Shown here: positions 50,913-64,000 of the stretch, in pieces
How positions within the stretch are numbered: position 1 is the first letter of the stretch
Layout of the letters: every line of letters begins with the position of its first letter
Assembly (NCBI RefSeq): GCF_002113885.1
Contig: NW_018408732.1
Span: 309,473-373,472, forward strand
DNA: 64,000 bases
DNA from: Mizuhopecten yessoensis
Lineage: Eukaryota
Direction of reading: 5' to 3'
Made by a program: the position numbers and the translations under genes
Notes under the pieces: generated by a model
The model's database searches: none
What the model saw: the letters and a program-made list of their open reading frames with translations, nothing else
What the model was told of the DNA's origin: nothing

Positions 50913-51811
50913 ATGCTAGCCAAGATTTGATATGCTAGAGAATTAGAGTTGTCCATAACAGTAAATGTGCTGTTCTTGTATCTGTACTAAGCTATAGGAT
51001 ACAAAGACAGCTCATTTGTAAATGGTAGATATAAGGGTAATGGTCGTACAGTTTCTTGACACCATGAACACAGAGTTAAGTGTTACTGTGGACAGATTGA
51101 GATGCTGAGTGGTTCTTATTCTGTCAGAGGAGAGGCCAGTAAGGCTTGCATGCTCTTCAGATTTCAAACTGTCAAAATTGTGTAAATTCCAGGTAGAATG
51201 TGTAGTGAGAGGTAACCAGGCTGCTGGTCTGATAGGTATTGATATGTGAAGCACAATTAGAGGTAGATTACTCGCCACTTATAAACAAATACATCACTGC
51301 TTCAGACTGGTGAAGGACAGATGATGGAAGACTCTTGTCCCTGCCCACCCCATCAGCCACAGGCCTGACAAACACCACATGGTACAGCTGTGGAGGAACA
51401 TTTATTACATGGCTTTGTTTAGTGTTTACCTCCTATCATGAAGATGGAAATTCTTCCGGGTTAGGAAATGAAGTACAGTTGGTTGTCTGCATAGTTTTCA
51501 GTGACACAGATAGTGGTGTCTAGACCTTATAGGATGTGTGCCATATTTTAGGTCCAGATGACCTTTTTAGGATATTCTTTGTGTTCAGCACTTCATTAAT
51601 AATGATATCATCTTCTTGGCCCAGTTCTTCAATGTCTGATTAACACAAATTTTCAAAATGATAGATTTACCAACAGATCCATCTGGCCAGTGATCAACCC
51701 AGCTAGGTTTCTCTCACAATCTCGGTCAAATTATTTACCATCAATCAATTTTTTATGAACTGATATGCAGCAAGTTTTAAAATCATCCTATAGAAGTGGA
51801 ACACTTATTAA

Positions 51812-51894
51812 CTCATTCACCCCTGAAGTTTCAAAATGAACTCTTCCAACTTTTGAGTCGGAAGAGTTTAAATGTGTTTTCAGGGGTAAATGAG
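51812..51894. mobile_element. 83-bp TTAA-flanked MITE (piggyBac-like)
   Basis: TTAA-ctcattcacccctgaa ... ttcaggggtaaatgag-TTAA. Confidence 0.7.
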
Positions 51895-53169
51895 TTAAAA
51901 TTGGAGACTGTTTTGATCACAAACAAAGATAAACTTTACACTTTTTTTATACAATTTTGCAAGGTCATCATTTTCATCATAATGAATGCTGTTACACCTG
52001 TGTGCGTTTGTGCTGTGCAAGAGCATTCGTATATGATAAAACTTGTCTGTTTACAGCTGTAATCCGACTTGTGTTGAGGTTATCAAATACTTCATTAACA
52101 TGAAAAAATTGAAGTGATAAATAGCTTTATTAGAGTTCACTGGAGGTAAAAACATTAAGGGTAATTAAATTTGTGCATTTTTTGTCAAATTTTTTAGATG
52201 AATTTGTAGATAATTGTGTATTTGTTTGATGTGTATAGACATGTAATAGATACGTTCCGGTACTATCTGTCTACAAAGGACTGTCTCGTTTGGGGAATTA
52301 TCACAACCACTTCAAGGTTATAAATTCATTAGCACCTTAAAATGGGATGATTTTTTTAGACTAAACAGCACTTTAGCTTACTTTGCAGTTTCATGCTTTA
52401 AGGGGGAGAGTCCCAGTGCCCTGTTTTAATTCAATGAAGAAGAGTTCCAATTTGTTTGGCATTTTTTCTGTATTAGAATTATACTTGCCCATTTCCTAAA
52501 GCAAGGAATTATATATATACAACACCAACATATTTATTTTTATTCCCTTATTCACATAATCATTTCCAATGCTGCGATCGATTCCTGACCTCTTGTTTAT
52601 GAGTACTCGGAACAAGTCCAATGTGGATCTAGAAGCAGTTAGTGGTGAGTGTAGAGGTATGATCTTAAGGCAGTTGGTGAGTCTAGGTATGGAGTCTAGA
52701 AGTAATGATCTGTGGGGTCTTTGTGTGCAATATCACACATCAAATGTATAGTAGTTTCCCAAGACATTCAGCAGACTGCACCAGGTCTACGACAGCCATT
52801 GATACCCCTATATCTACCTCCCTGCTGCACGCCATGTGTGTCAATTCATACAAAGCATATGTACACTAAAAGCATTCTTCTCCATTGAGTGTTAAAACAA
52901 TTTTATATCTACTTCTAACAGCACAGAATTTCAAAGCCTGTAAGATCATGGCGTATCCTCTGTTTGTTGGTGATCTACTACCATGTGTTATCCACACTCC
53001 AGCATGTAACAGCTGATGTACATGTTCAATGTGCATCGTATGAATACAGACCTAGGAAACTAATATCTTTTCATGACAACCCCACAATTTATGACTTACA
53101 GCCATGACAACCCCATAGCATATGACCTAAAAGCATGACAACCCCATAAGGTATGACTTACAACTTTAG

Positions 53170-53310
53170 AGTGACATTTACAAATGTGGAATCCCCACAA
53201 GGTGTGACAATTACAAATGTGGAATCCCCACAAGGTGTGACAATAACAACTATGGAATCCCCACAAGGTGTGACAATTACAAATGTGGAATCCCCACAAG
53301 GTGTGACTTA
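53170..53310. repeat. 33-bp tandem repeat x about 4
   Basis: gtgacaattacaaatgtggaatccccacaaggt. Confidence 0.88.
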
Positions 53311-54321
53311 ATTTATAACCATGATTGTGTTATAACAGATCTATCTAATACTTAAAACCATGAAAGCTCCACAAAGTCGGGTTTTCCTCCGACATATAAA
53401 GTAAGCATTACAACCTTGAAACCCCCATTATATGAAACTTACCATTAAATCACACTAGGCTTATATAACCTCCATAGCCAAGTGCAAAGGGTAGGCCTTA
53501 CAACTATAAAAAAAAAATGAAATGTGACTTACAACCGAGAAGGTCCCATGAGACTTAATTCCAGGGCAACCTGTTTCGGTTGGGCATACAATTTGTTAAG
53601 TACATTTTACAGATGTACTCTTACGATATGCTGCTATTAGGAGCATATAATCACTAAACCTCATTATCTCTGTGGGAAGAGCAAAAGAATTTAGATAATT
53701 TGTATTGTATAACAGGGAAATACTTTAATTAAGTGATTGGTGTTATGTGTAGCAGCCCCGGGGCCTGTGTTCTGTGCTGACACCTTAATTTGAGGGTGGA
53801 TATGGAAAACATTATCAAACAAACCCACTGTCTGCTACCCTACTGCGACTCCTTACACCAAAACATTCATTCATCATAAACCTGATCAGTTGAGAAGGAG
53901 ATATGTCGGTTGTTTTGAGAACTTGCAGCCCTGTAGCTGTAACAATAAATTTGAGAATCATGACAGGATGAACACAAAGAGAGTCATCACTCTGAAGAGA
54001 TCAGACAGTCCTGTGCCAGTTAACACCAGCAAAAAACACAGTTATAACATTTGGGGGGCACATTGTAAAGTAAAGTTCAATTATATGAATTGGGATCATG
54101 TGGTTTAGGGTTGTCTTGACTCAGTGGGGAAGCCTATTCCAGACCAGGATATATTCACCACTCCCATTAGGGGCCAGGCGGGAGCTGCAGGTGCCCCTTT
54201 TCTGTTAAAATGTCTAGACATGTTAGTTTATTCCAAATAGCTTACATTCTATATTTTTCTTCTGTGGTTATCTTGAAATCTGAATTACTGAGAGTACAAA
54301 ATTTTACTAAAATTTGACCAT

Positions 54322-54683
54322 TTATAAGAGTCAGCAGTAGAGATGCGAGTGCCTTATAGTAATCATGGCGTCTGTCAGTCCGTCTGTCTGTCAGCACTTT
54401 GGTTTCCAGAGATTATCTCCGAATTTAAAAGTTTCTAAGGTCAAGGACACTGTTACTAGAAGTAGACCATGTGGGTTATATGGTCTTCATATTGGAAACT
54501 TTAAGACTAGTCTTTTTGAAATTCGACGTTTTAATACACTAATATGTAGTAGATGTGCAATAATTTTAAGGGTTCAAAAAGTTTCTAAGGTCAGGGTCAC
54601 AGTACTTGAAATAGACCAATGGGGTTATATGGTCAGGCACATGGTGGGGGAGCCCGTTCTGACCTGTCACTGTGCTCTAGTTT
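54322..54683 (+). mobile_element. Probable non-autonomous Helitron/Helentron-type element remnant
   Basis: gtccgtctgtctgtc microsatellite near the 5' end, two internal copies of aaaagtttctaaggtca...agacc, and a 3' hairpin (ggtcag...ctgacc) before CTAG-TTT. A similar remnant lies near 8150-8530. Confidence 0.4.
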
Positions 54684-56724
54684 GATATGAAGTACCACAT
54701 ACTGTAGAACTGACAATGTGTACCTGCTGTTGTGGCTGACTCTGTTGTATATAATTAGGTATCATTACTTGATGGTTTCTGTTTCTTCTGTACTCGGTTG
54801 ACTTGATATCAAAACCTTACAAGAATGTGTCATAATTATTTCTCCCAAAGTTAGAGGTAGTTCTAGCTGTTGTATAACTGGCCAAGCTGTCACATCTGGA
54901 CAATGATTAAGAAATAATCAACACATGTATGAGGATGATGGTAGAATATAAAAAAGATGGTAAAAAAGCATCAGAAAAATATCAACATTGGCCAGTATAT
55001 CTTAGATTATTGGTTTTCACCAGTTTTGAAAGCTGAGATATATATTCCTCTGTAATATACAAACATGTATTGATTATAGCTCTTTTACCACGTCGGATGT
55101 AACTAAGTGTGTCTTTGGCAAGCTTGTAAGGCAGCATGACCTAGGTATGGAAGTTATAGTTTGGGACGTGTGGTTTGTTGTACAGTAATCTATGGTTGTT
55201 GACATGAAAAATGTCATTACATTTGCAGTTTATATTGAATACAATATAATATTGACATGGATAAGTAACTTAAGGCTGAGGTGATACAGCAGGCTCTGAC
55301 ATATAACACCACCAACAGGTACACTCACCATCAGTTTCATAAATACGTCAAGATTATAAGGTGTGGGGACAAGGATGTTTTTGCAGCTATTACCTGTGCT
55401 TTCTGGTTAGAACGTATTCAAACATGTAAGAAACCGATTGTAAAAGATAAGCAAACATCTAAAGATGCAATATTTTAGAATCCTGAATGATATGTAGATC
55501 TTCAAAAGTGAAAACAGACCTAGCTGAGGAAAATAACACAAAGCTGGTTCCCCTGGGAAAGAAATTAACATGACCTCATGCCCTTTTAGAAAGAAAACAT
55601 ATACCCCCACTAGCCTAGGGGAGGTAAGGAGGGGCAGAACGCAAATAGTTTACCTGGCTAGCACCTCCCTCCCCAAAAGGGATAAAATGTAGACCTAATT
55701 TTTCCTTAGGGAGACATTTTACAGACCTGGCCCCCCCTGGTGGGAGAAATCATAGGAGGGGAAGGGAGAAGATTAATACAGACCTTAACCTCTTCAGTTT
55801 TTGGCTGGTAAGAGCAAAACAGTGACCTGATATTTATGATTAGAAGCTTTTGGAAATGTGATTATTGCTTCTCGGAAATCACATTAAATCTGAGAGGATG
55901 GGATGGAAATTCTGTAAAATTGAAGTATAAAGTAATGAAAACACCCACATCCTACAGGTTTTTCTCTTTTCTCTGCCAATTTTACATTGATTCCACCCTG
56001 TCTCCCTCTCCCCCCTTGCCAACTTGACATCGGTCCCACTATTCTATTTTGAGAATCATATTTTTCAGCAGAAGATTGAAAGCACGCACATACATATAGT
56101 TATGGTGTTAAGGGTGGGATGTTTTTCAGAATGTGGGATTATGTGAGAAAGATAGATGTCTTTGACAAACATTAGGTATTGATGTATTTGGACCACACAT
56201 GGCAAGGGTTTTGAGTTAGATGGTGTTTGTCCACTTTTATATACATTTGGTGTTATAGTGGGATGTTTTTAGAATTGGGGGTGGTATAAGGATGTAGAGG
56301 GTATGGTGTTAGCCTGTACACTACGCCACCTGTGGATATAGGCCAGGAAGGGCCCAGGATATTACTCATACTAGGTTATCTGTAGAAAATATATTATGGA
56401 TACATTAACACAGACACAGGTTTTATACCCTGTTTATTTCTGTTGACCAGATAACAAAACTACAAAAAGTGACAAGTCTGCAGTTTCCTTTACATCACAC
56501 AAGGAAACTGTTGCTATTTTGATATTTTTGTAGACATTATCTGTACTTTATGCTGCCAGAGGGTGAATCTCAGCGACCTGGGTGTCATTTATAATTTGTA
56601 TAGACCTGCCAGACTCCTTCTGGACAGACCAGCTGCCCACTATCTACTGCAGTGTCATAAACCATGTAAATTGGTCCCCATCCTCATTATATCCTCCTCT
56701 GCAACTAGGCTGCAGGATCACAAA

Positions 56725-56988
56725 AGATTTTAGACATGTATGTGTTCATCTTTACCCCCTTGTCCCTAAGATTTTAGACATGTATGTGTTCATCTTTACC
56801 CCCTTGTCCCTAAGATTTTAGACATGTATGTGTTCATCTTTACCCCCTTGTCCCTAAGATTTTAGACATGTATGTGTTCATCTTTACCCCCTTGTCCCTA
56901 AGATTTTAGACATGTATGTGTTCATCTTTACCCCCTTGTCCCTAAGATTTTAGACATGTATGTGTTCATCTTTACCCCCTTGTCCCTA
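56725..56988. repeat. 44-bp perfect tandem repeat x6
   Basis: agattttagacatgtatgtgttcatctttacccccttgtcccta. Confidence 0.96.
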
Positions 56989-57201
56989 TATCAGTTGTGT
57001 ATAGCAGTGATCATTATCCTGATCGTGAACCTTATCATGGGCAATATGACCATCACTAATGACCCTTAGTTCTGTGTTCATATGAAACAATGGATGCAAC
57101 CTGAGATCTTACTTCTCTGAAGTATTTGCAGGTTAATTGCATCTAATTAATATATACCATAACAGATTCCTTTATCCTGAACATATATGGAAGTGTGTTA
57201 G

Positions 57202-57330
57202 TGTAATAGGAGAAAGAGAAAATGTAACGGCCAGACTGGGGTTCGAACCGGGGACCCTCCGAACTCTAGACTGACACTCTACCAAATGAGCTACTTGGTC
57301 GCCAACGATCGACCCAGTCGTGTTCCGCTT
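57202..57330 (-). mobile_element. Solo LTR of the tRNA-containing TRIM family (best preserved copy)
   Basis: Reverse strand: agcggaacacgactgggtcgatcgttggcgaccaagtagctcatttggtagag...ggttcgaacccc...ctcctattaca, with clear A and B boxes. Confidence 0.7.
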
Positions 57331-58004
57331 TGTTAATTCATGACCTTGAGGTATACTGTAAGGGCCCTCTATTTACTGCAGGGTCCATACCCCATGCACA
57401 CTGGACTACCTTCCTGTGATATCCTGATCTCTAACCAGGGACCACACTATATCTGTCCTCCTACCTCTGCAGCCTCATCTACAAGTATTACTTCATGGAC
57501 TGATCCTCTTTCCCTGATATTCTCATTCTAATAAGGGCTCATATATACAGAAAAAAATAAATTCAAACCTTTCAGTTATTCAATTCATTGACAGTGTTTC
57601 TGAGAGCCTCTGCTGAGTCAGAATACATTCCCATGTACGCATAGAAGCTCAGATGGCTTAGGAGCTGGAGTATTATTGGGCACTGACCTGCCTCTGATAA
57701 CCCACAGCTAGTTACACTGTCCAGACAGGTATTATAATTTAAGTAATTATCACAGCTGTAGGCCATGTCCATAGGATGGTGAATAGGTCTAGCAGAGATA
57801 TAGTTGATATTTAACCAATATCTACAGATTACATGAAAGGGTAGATAGGTCTAGAAGAGAAATGGTTGGTATTTAAACCAGAAAGGTCAAGAACAGAAAT
57901 ACTTAATATAAAGTTCTAGTGACAGCTCAGAATGCCTGCAACAGAGTTCTGGAAACCATAGAATGGCCAAGATTGGCTACAATAAAGGGTCATGCCTACA
58001 TTTG

Positions 58005-59552
58005 ACCAAGACTAAATATGGGGTCAGGCTTACATAGGATCACTGACTAAATCTGTGGTCGTACTTACATATGACCACTGACTAAATATAGGGTCTGTCT
58101 TGCATTCGATCACTGTGACTAAATATGGGGTCAGGCTTGTATTCGATAACTGACTAAATATGGGGTCAGACTTACATAGGATCACTGTGACTAAATATGG
58201 GTCTGTCTTGCATGGGATCACTGTGACTAAATATGGGGTCAGGCTTGCATTCAATCACTGACTAAATATGGGGTCAGACTTGCATAGGATCACTGTGACT
58301 AAATATGGGTCTGTCTTGCATGGGATTACTGTGACTAAATATGGGGTCAGGCTTGCATTCGATCACTGTGACTAAATATGGGATCAGACTTACATATGAC
58401 CACTGACTAAATATAGGGTCTGTCTTGCATTCCATCACTGTGACTAAATATGGGGTCAGGCTTGTATTGGATCACTGTGACTAAATATGGGGTCAGACTT
58501 GCATATGACCACTGTGGCTAAATATAGGGTCTGTCTTACATGGATCACTGTGACTAAATATGGGTCTGTCTTGCATGGGATCACTGTGACTAAATATGGG
58601 TCTGTCTAACATGGATCACTGTGACTAAATATGGGTCTGTCTTGCATGGGATCACTGTGACTAAATATGGGGTCAGGCTTTCATAGGATCACTGTGAGTA
58701 AATATGGGGTCAGACTTACATAGGATCACTGTGACTAAATATGGGTCAGGCTTGCATTCAATCACTGACTAAATATGGGGTCAGACTTGCATAGGATCAC
58801 TGTGACTAAATATGGGTCTGTCTTGCATGGGATTACTGTGACTAAATATGGGGTCAGGCTTGCATTCGATCACTGTGACTAAATATGGGATCAGACTTAC
58901 ATATGACCACTGACTAAATATAGGGTCTGTCTTGCATTCCATCACTGTGACTAAATATGGGGTCAGGCTTGTATTGGATCACTGTGACTAAATATGGGGT
59001 CAGACTTACATATGACCACTGTGACTAAATATAGGGTCTGTCTTACATGGGATCACTGTGACTAAATATGGGGTCAGGCTTGTATTGGATTACTGTGACT
59101 AAATATAGGGTCAGGCTTACACAGGATCACTGTGACTAAATATAGGGTCAGACTTGCCTAGGATACTGACTAAAAATGGGGTCAGACCTACATAGGATCA
59201 CTGTGATTAAATATGGGGTCAGGCTTACATAGGATCACTGCAACTAAATATAGGGTCAGACATACATAGGCACTGTGACTAAATATGGGGTCAGGCTTAG
59301 ATAGGATCACTGTGAGTAAATATAGGGTCAGACTTACATATAACCACTGACTTAATATAGGGTCAGGCTTACATAGGATCACTGTGACTAAATATAGGGT
59401 CAGGCTTTCATAGGATCACTGTGAGTAAATATAGGGTCAGACTTACATAGGATCACTGTGACTAAATATAGGGTCAGACTTACATAGGCACTGTGACTAA
59501 ATATGGGGTCAGGCTTACATAGGCACTGTGACTAAATATAGATTGGACTTAC
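58005..59552. repeat. 35-37 bp minisatellite, about 42 copies, with higher-order duplication
   Basis: actgtgactaaatatggggtcaggcttacataggatc. Confidence 0.95.
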
Positions 59553-60792
59553 AAGTGTTTTCCTTATTTGGTGTAAATGCAGAAGTGAAATTGTTGATAG
59601 TGATATAGAATATTGTGGTTTAGTTACACAGAATATCAGCTTCAGGTTTATAAGAAGTGTAAGATTATTAACTCTGTGTGTGGTGTATGTAGACTGTCCT
59701 GATAGTCTCGGTCATCAATCAGCTGGTGTTTGTGGAGCACTTGTACAAGGTAAACAGCCAACAGCCTAGGTGTGGATGGCCCTCAGTCTGACAGGTGATG
59801 AGTTTGATTATACACCTGTTCTGTCTGCTGGAAACTGGGAGATAAAACAAAACCTGACCAACGGCATAGTCACTTAACTTTTTAAAACTTTTCCACAAGT
59901 TATTGTTTTCTGTTAATGTGTAAAAGTAGAAAAACGCAGGTATAGGACAGGACACCTGTCTTTATACACCTGTACACCTGTGTTGAGGTTCCCGAGGTGT
60001 TGGAATTTATGGTTTGGTATCTCATTGATACGCCATTTACAGACCGCTGATCAAACATTGTTATTGGTAATACGGCCAGTTACAGAGATAATGGGGACAT
60101 CATCTCCGTGACTATCCGGATGTAATCTGCCTGGTTATGTAACACATTCCATAATACATACCCAAGAGAAGCAGCCAGTCTAATGGAATGGTGGCGGAAT
60201 AGCATCGCGGCAATGTTCACCCGCAATAATTTGTTCATTATCTACTTTCAAAATATAAAATTTTCTACACAAAAGATGATAAGACATGAATCTCTACTAA
60301 TTTATAATCTTTAAGCTCACATAACCTAATGTTTGTATAATAGGTGAAACAAAGACTAGAAATCTATCTTGAATTAGTACTGTATACATTTTAGGAACCG
60401 TCTTCCATTAAACGATCTGTAAAGATGGGTATTGTGTACATGGTGCCAACACTACCTCATTAGGTACAACTAGAGAGATTTTACCTTATGTCATTAGTGA
60501 AGTGTTTGACAAGAAAGGTTGGATTGTTGGTTTGATCCACAGCGAAGCCATGTACCCTTTTATCACTCTTTCCTGTTGCACATTAAAGTACTAGCCTCCG
60601 CTTGTTGGAATATTTTGTACTCTGAGAAGAGTACCTTTTGATTTAAATGGGAGGGTGTAAGTTGAAGGTTAGATGTAGAACATTAAGATACTCCATACCT
60701 TCACAGTATAGTTGTGTTCAGCTGATGGCAAGCTGGTCTTTATTGGTTTTTCAAGTGGGGTTAGCTTTTAGGTAAATGATGTAAGTATCACA

Positions 60793-62915
60793 CCTGTACT
60801 GTTGATGCCAGTCTGTAGGGGTCGTGTACCATAGTAAATGTAAAAACCACCCTGTACTGGTGTTAGGGTCTGTAGAGGTCGTGTACCATAGTAAATATAA
60901 AAACTACCCCTGTACTGATGTTAGGGTCGGTAGGGGTTGTGTACCACAGTAAATATAAAAACCACCCCTGTACTGATGTTAGGGTCTGTAGAGATCATGT
61001 ACCATAGTAAATATAAAAACCACCCCTGTACTGATGTTAGGGTCTGTAGGGGGCGTGTACCATAGTAAATGTAAAACCACCCTGTACTGATGTTAGGGGA
61101 TGTAGGGGACGTGTACCATAGTAAATGTAAAAACCACACTGTACTGATGTTAGGGTCTGAAGAGGTCGTGTACCATAGTAAATATAAAAACTACCCCTGT
61201 ACTGATGTTAGGGTCGGTAGGGGTTGTATACCACAGTAAATATAAAAACCACCCCTGTACTGATGTTAGGGTCTGTAGGGGTCGGGTACCATAGTAAATA
61301 TAAAAACAACCCTGTACTGATGTTAGGGTCTGTAGTGGTCATGTACCATAGTAAATGTAAAAACAACCCTGTACTGATGTTAGGGTCTGTAGTGGTCATG
61401 TACCATAGTAAATGTAAAAACCACCGCTGCACTGATGTTAGGGTCTGTAGAGGTCATCTACCAAATTAAATATAAAAACTACCCCTGTATTGATGTTAGG
61501 GTCTGTAGGGGTTGTGTTCCATAGTAAATATAAAAACCACCCCTGTACTGATGTTAGGGTCTGTAGGGGTCGTGTACCATAGTAAATGTAAAACCACCCT
61601 GTACTGATGTTAGGGTATGTAGGGGTCGTGTACCATAGTAAATGTAAAAACCACCCCTGCACTGATGTTAGGGTCTGTAGAGGTCATGTACCATATTAAA
61701 TATAAAAACTACCCCTGTATTGATGTTAGGGTCTGTAGGGGTTGTGTACCATAGTAAATATAAAAACTACCCCTGTACTGATGTTAGGGTCTGTAGGGGT
61801 TGTGTACCATAGTAAATACAAAAACCACCCCTGTACTGATGTTAGGGTCTGTAGGGGTTGTGTTCCATAGTAAATATAAAAACCACCCCTGTACTGATGT
61901 TTGGGTCTGCAGAGGTCGTGTACCATAGTAAATATAAAAACCACCCCTGTACTGATGTTAGGGTCTGTAGAGGTCATGTACTATAGTAAAATTAAAAACC
62001 ACCCCTGTACTGATGTTAGGGTCTGTAGAGGTCATGTACCATATTAAATATAAAAACTACCCCTGTATTGATGTTAGGGTCTGTAGGGGTTGTGTTCCAT
62101 AGTAAATATAAAATCCCCCCCTGTACTGATGTTTGGGTCTGCAGAGGTCGGGTACCATAGTAAATATAAAAACAACCCTGTACTGATGTTAGGGTCTGTA
62201 GAGGTCGTGTACCATAGTAAATGTAAAAACTACCCCTGTACTGATGTTAGGGTCGGTAGGGGTTGTGTACCACAGTAAATATAAAAACCACCCCTGTACT
62301 GATGTTAGGGTCTGTAGGGGTTGTGTTCCATAGTAAATATAAAAACCACCCCTGTACTGATGTTAGGGTCGGTAGGGGTTGTGTACCACGGTAAATATAA
62401 AAACCACCCCTGTACTGATGTTAGGGCCTACAGGGGTTGTGTACCATAGTAAATATAAAAATCACCCCTGTACTGATGTTAGGGTCTACAGGGGTTGTGT
62501 ACCATAGTAAATTTAAAAACCACCCCTGTACTGATGTTAGGGTCGGTAGGGGTTGTGTACCACAGTAAATATAAAAACTTCCCCTGTACTGATGTTAGGT
62601 CTGTAGGGGTTGTGTACCATAGTAAATATAAAAACTCCCCCTGTACTGATGTTAGGGTCTGTAGGGGTTGTGTACCACAGTAAATATAAAAACTACCCCT
62701 GTACTGATGTTAGGGTCTGCAGGGGTTGTGTACCATAGTAAATATAAAAACCACCCCTGTACTGATGTTAGGGCCTACAGGGGTTGTGTACCATAGTAAA
62801 TATAAAAATCACCCCTGTACTGATGTTAGGGTCTACAGGGGTTGTGTTCCATAGTAAATATAAAAACCACCCCTGTACTGATGTTAGGGTCTACAGGGGT
62901 TGTGTACCATAGTAG
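60793..62915. repeat. 58-bp minisatellite, about 36 copies
   Basis: cctgtactgatgttagggtctgtaggggttgtgtaccatagtaaatataaaaaccacc. Confidence 0.96.
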
Positions 62916-63461
62916 GTGTCAGGATCCAACTTGTACTGGGATTTTTGAGGGTCTGTAGAGAGGACAGGGTCCAGAGACCATATAAAGGTAGTATAGTATG
63001 TTACTATATATCTTATACATGTCTCTAATTATGTTGGATTCAGAGGAAGGGACGGTAATTAGGTAGATTAGGATTCAGAAGTGGTATAACCGGGATAGCT
63101 CCAAGAGTCTACTCATCATGGGGTGTGATACACATCTTTAGTTACCTGTCTAAGGTCTTAATGTAATGGACTGTAGTTTCATGGACTTATGTTCAGGTTG
63201 TAAACCTTATGTTTGATATGTGTAGATTTACAGTTTTTTTCTGTAAAAACACTCAAGCTCCACAGTGAGTATCTTATCATTGATCAGTCTGTGCCGGAGT
63301 ACTTTATGGGAATCCTTGAGAAGTGCAACTTCTGGAGTAAATATGTTATATCTCAAGGACTTATTCAAGAGGTAGCTCCTACTCGAGAAAAGGTTTTGTC
63401 ATTTTTTAACAAATGCATCTAAATACACCAAACAGGTCATTATAGGTCCTGATAACCCAGT

Positions 63462-64000
63462 GAGTTGAATACTGAGGAGTTGACTACTGAGGAGTTGACT
63501 ACTGAGGAGTTGATTACTGAAGAGTTGATTACTGAGGAGTTGATTACTGAGGAGTTGATTACTGAGGAGTTGACTACTTAGGAGTTGATTTCTGAAGAGT
63601 TTATTACTGAGGAGTTGATTACTGCGGAGTTGACTACTGAGGAGCTGATTACTGAAGAGTTGATTACTGAGGAGTTTATTACTGAGGAGTTGATTACTGA
63701 TGAGTTGACTACTGAGGAGTCGATTACTGAAGAGTTGATTACTGAGGAGGTGATTACTGTGGAGTTTATTACTGAGGAGTTGATTACTGATGAGTTGATT
63801 ACTGAGGAGTTGATTACTGCGGAGTTGACTACTGAGGAGTTGAATACTGAGGAGTTGATTACTGAGGAGTTGACTACTGAGGAGTTGAATACTGTGGAGT
63901 TGATTACTGAGGAGTTGATTACTGAGGAGTTGATTACTGTGGAGTTGATTACTGAGGAGTTGAATACTGAGGAGTTGACTACTGAGGAGTTGACAACTGA
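63462..64000. repeat. 15-bp minisatellite running off the window end
   Basis: actgaggagttgatt. Confidence 0.96.

Noticed and set aside
57202-57330. Possible tRNA genes here and at 21351, 36454, 39511, 43980 and 50760
   Set aside because: A and B boxes are present, but no complete cloverleaf was evident and the shared non-tRNA flanks mark them as repeat-derived.
58030-62683. Short repetitive ORFs in the 37-bp and 58-bp arrays
   Set aside because: Unit lengths are not multiples of three and the frames break constantly.

Overview
AT-rich animal genomic DNA. The repeat landscape suggests a bivalve mollusc, possibly a scallop (inference only). No prokaryotic features are present. (1) 1359-9580 (+) holds the last coding exons of an R3-subtype receptor protein tyrosine phosphatase (Ptp10D/PTPRO/PTPRB-like), with an acidic tail and C-terminal PIYENA. 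The exon encoding the WPD loop through the catalytic Cys occurs as two intact, divergent 152-bp copies (6079-6230, 7083-7234) that can only be used one at a time. One intron of this gene (1899-5535) is almost entirely tandem copies of its own donor and acceptor junctions, with frame-preserving units of 63 and 51 bp. (2) 12.5-32 kb contains satellites, a decayed Tc1 (DD34E) transposon, a 5'-truncated LINE with TSD, a MITE, and a candidate small spliced ORF at 22.3-23.1 kb. (3) Near 33.6 kb (+) a second gene begins with a signal-peptide exon missed by the ORF track. It is followed by what looks like a >30 kb CpG-poor intron carrying miniature LTR elements with tRNA-like LTRs, a hAT fragment, SINE remnants and many minisatellites. 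Almost all long ORFs in the supplied track are artefacts of tandem repeats. All coordinates and counts were read by eye.
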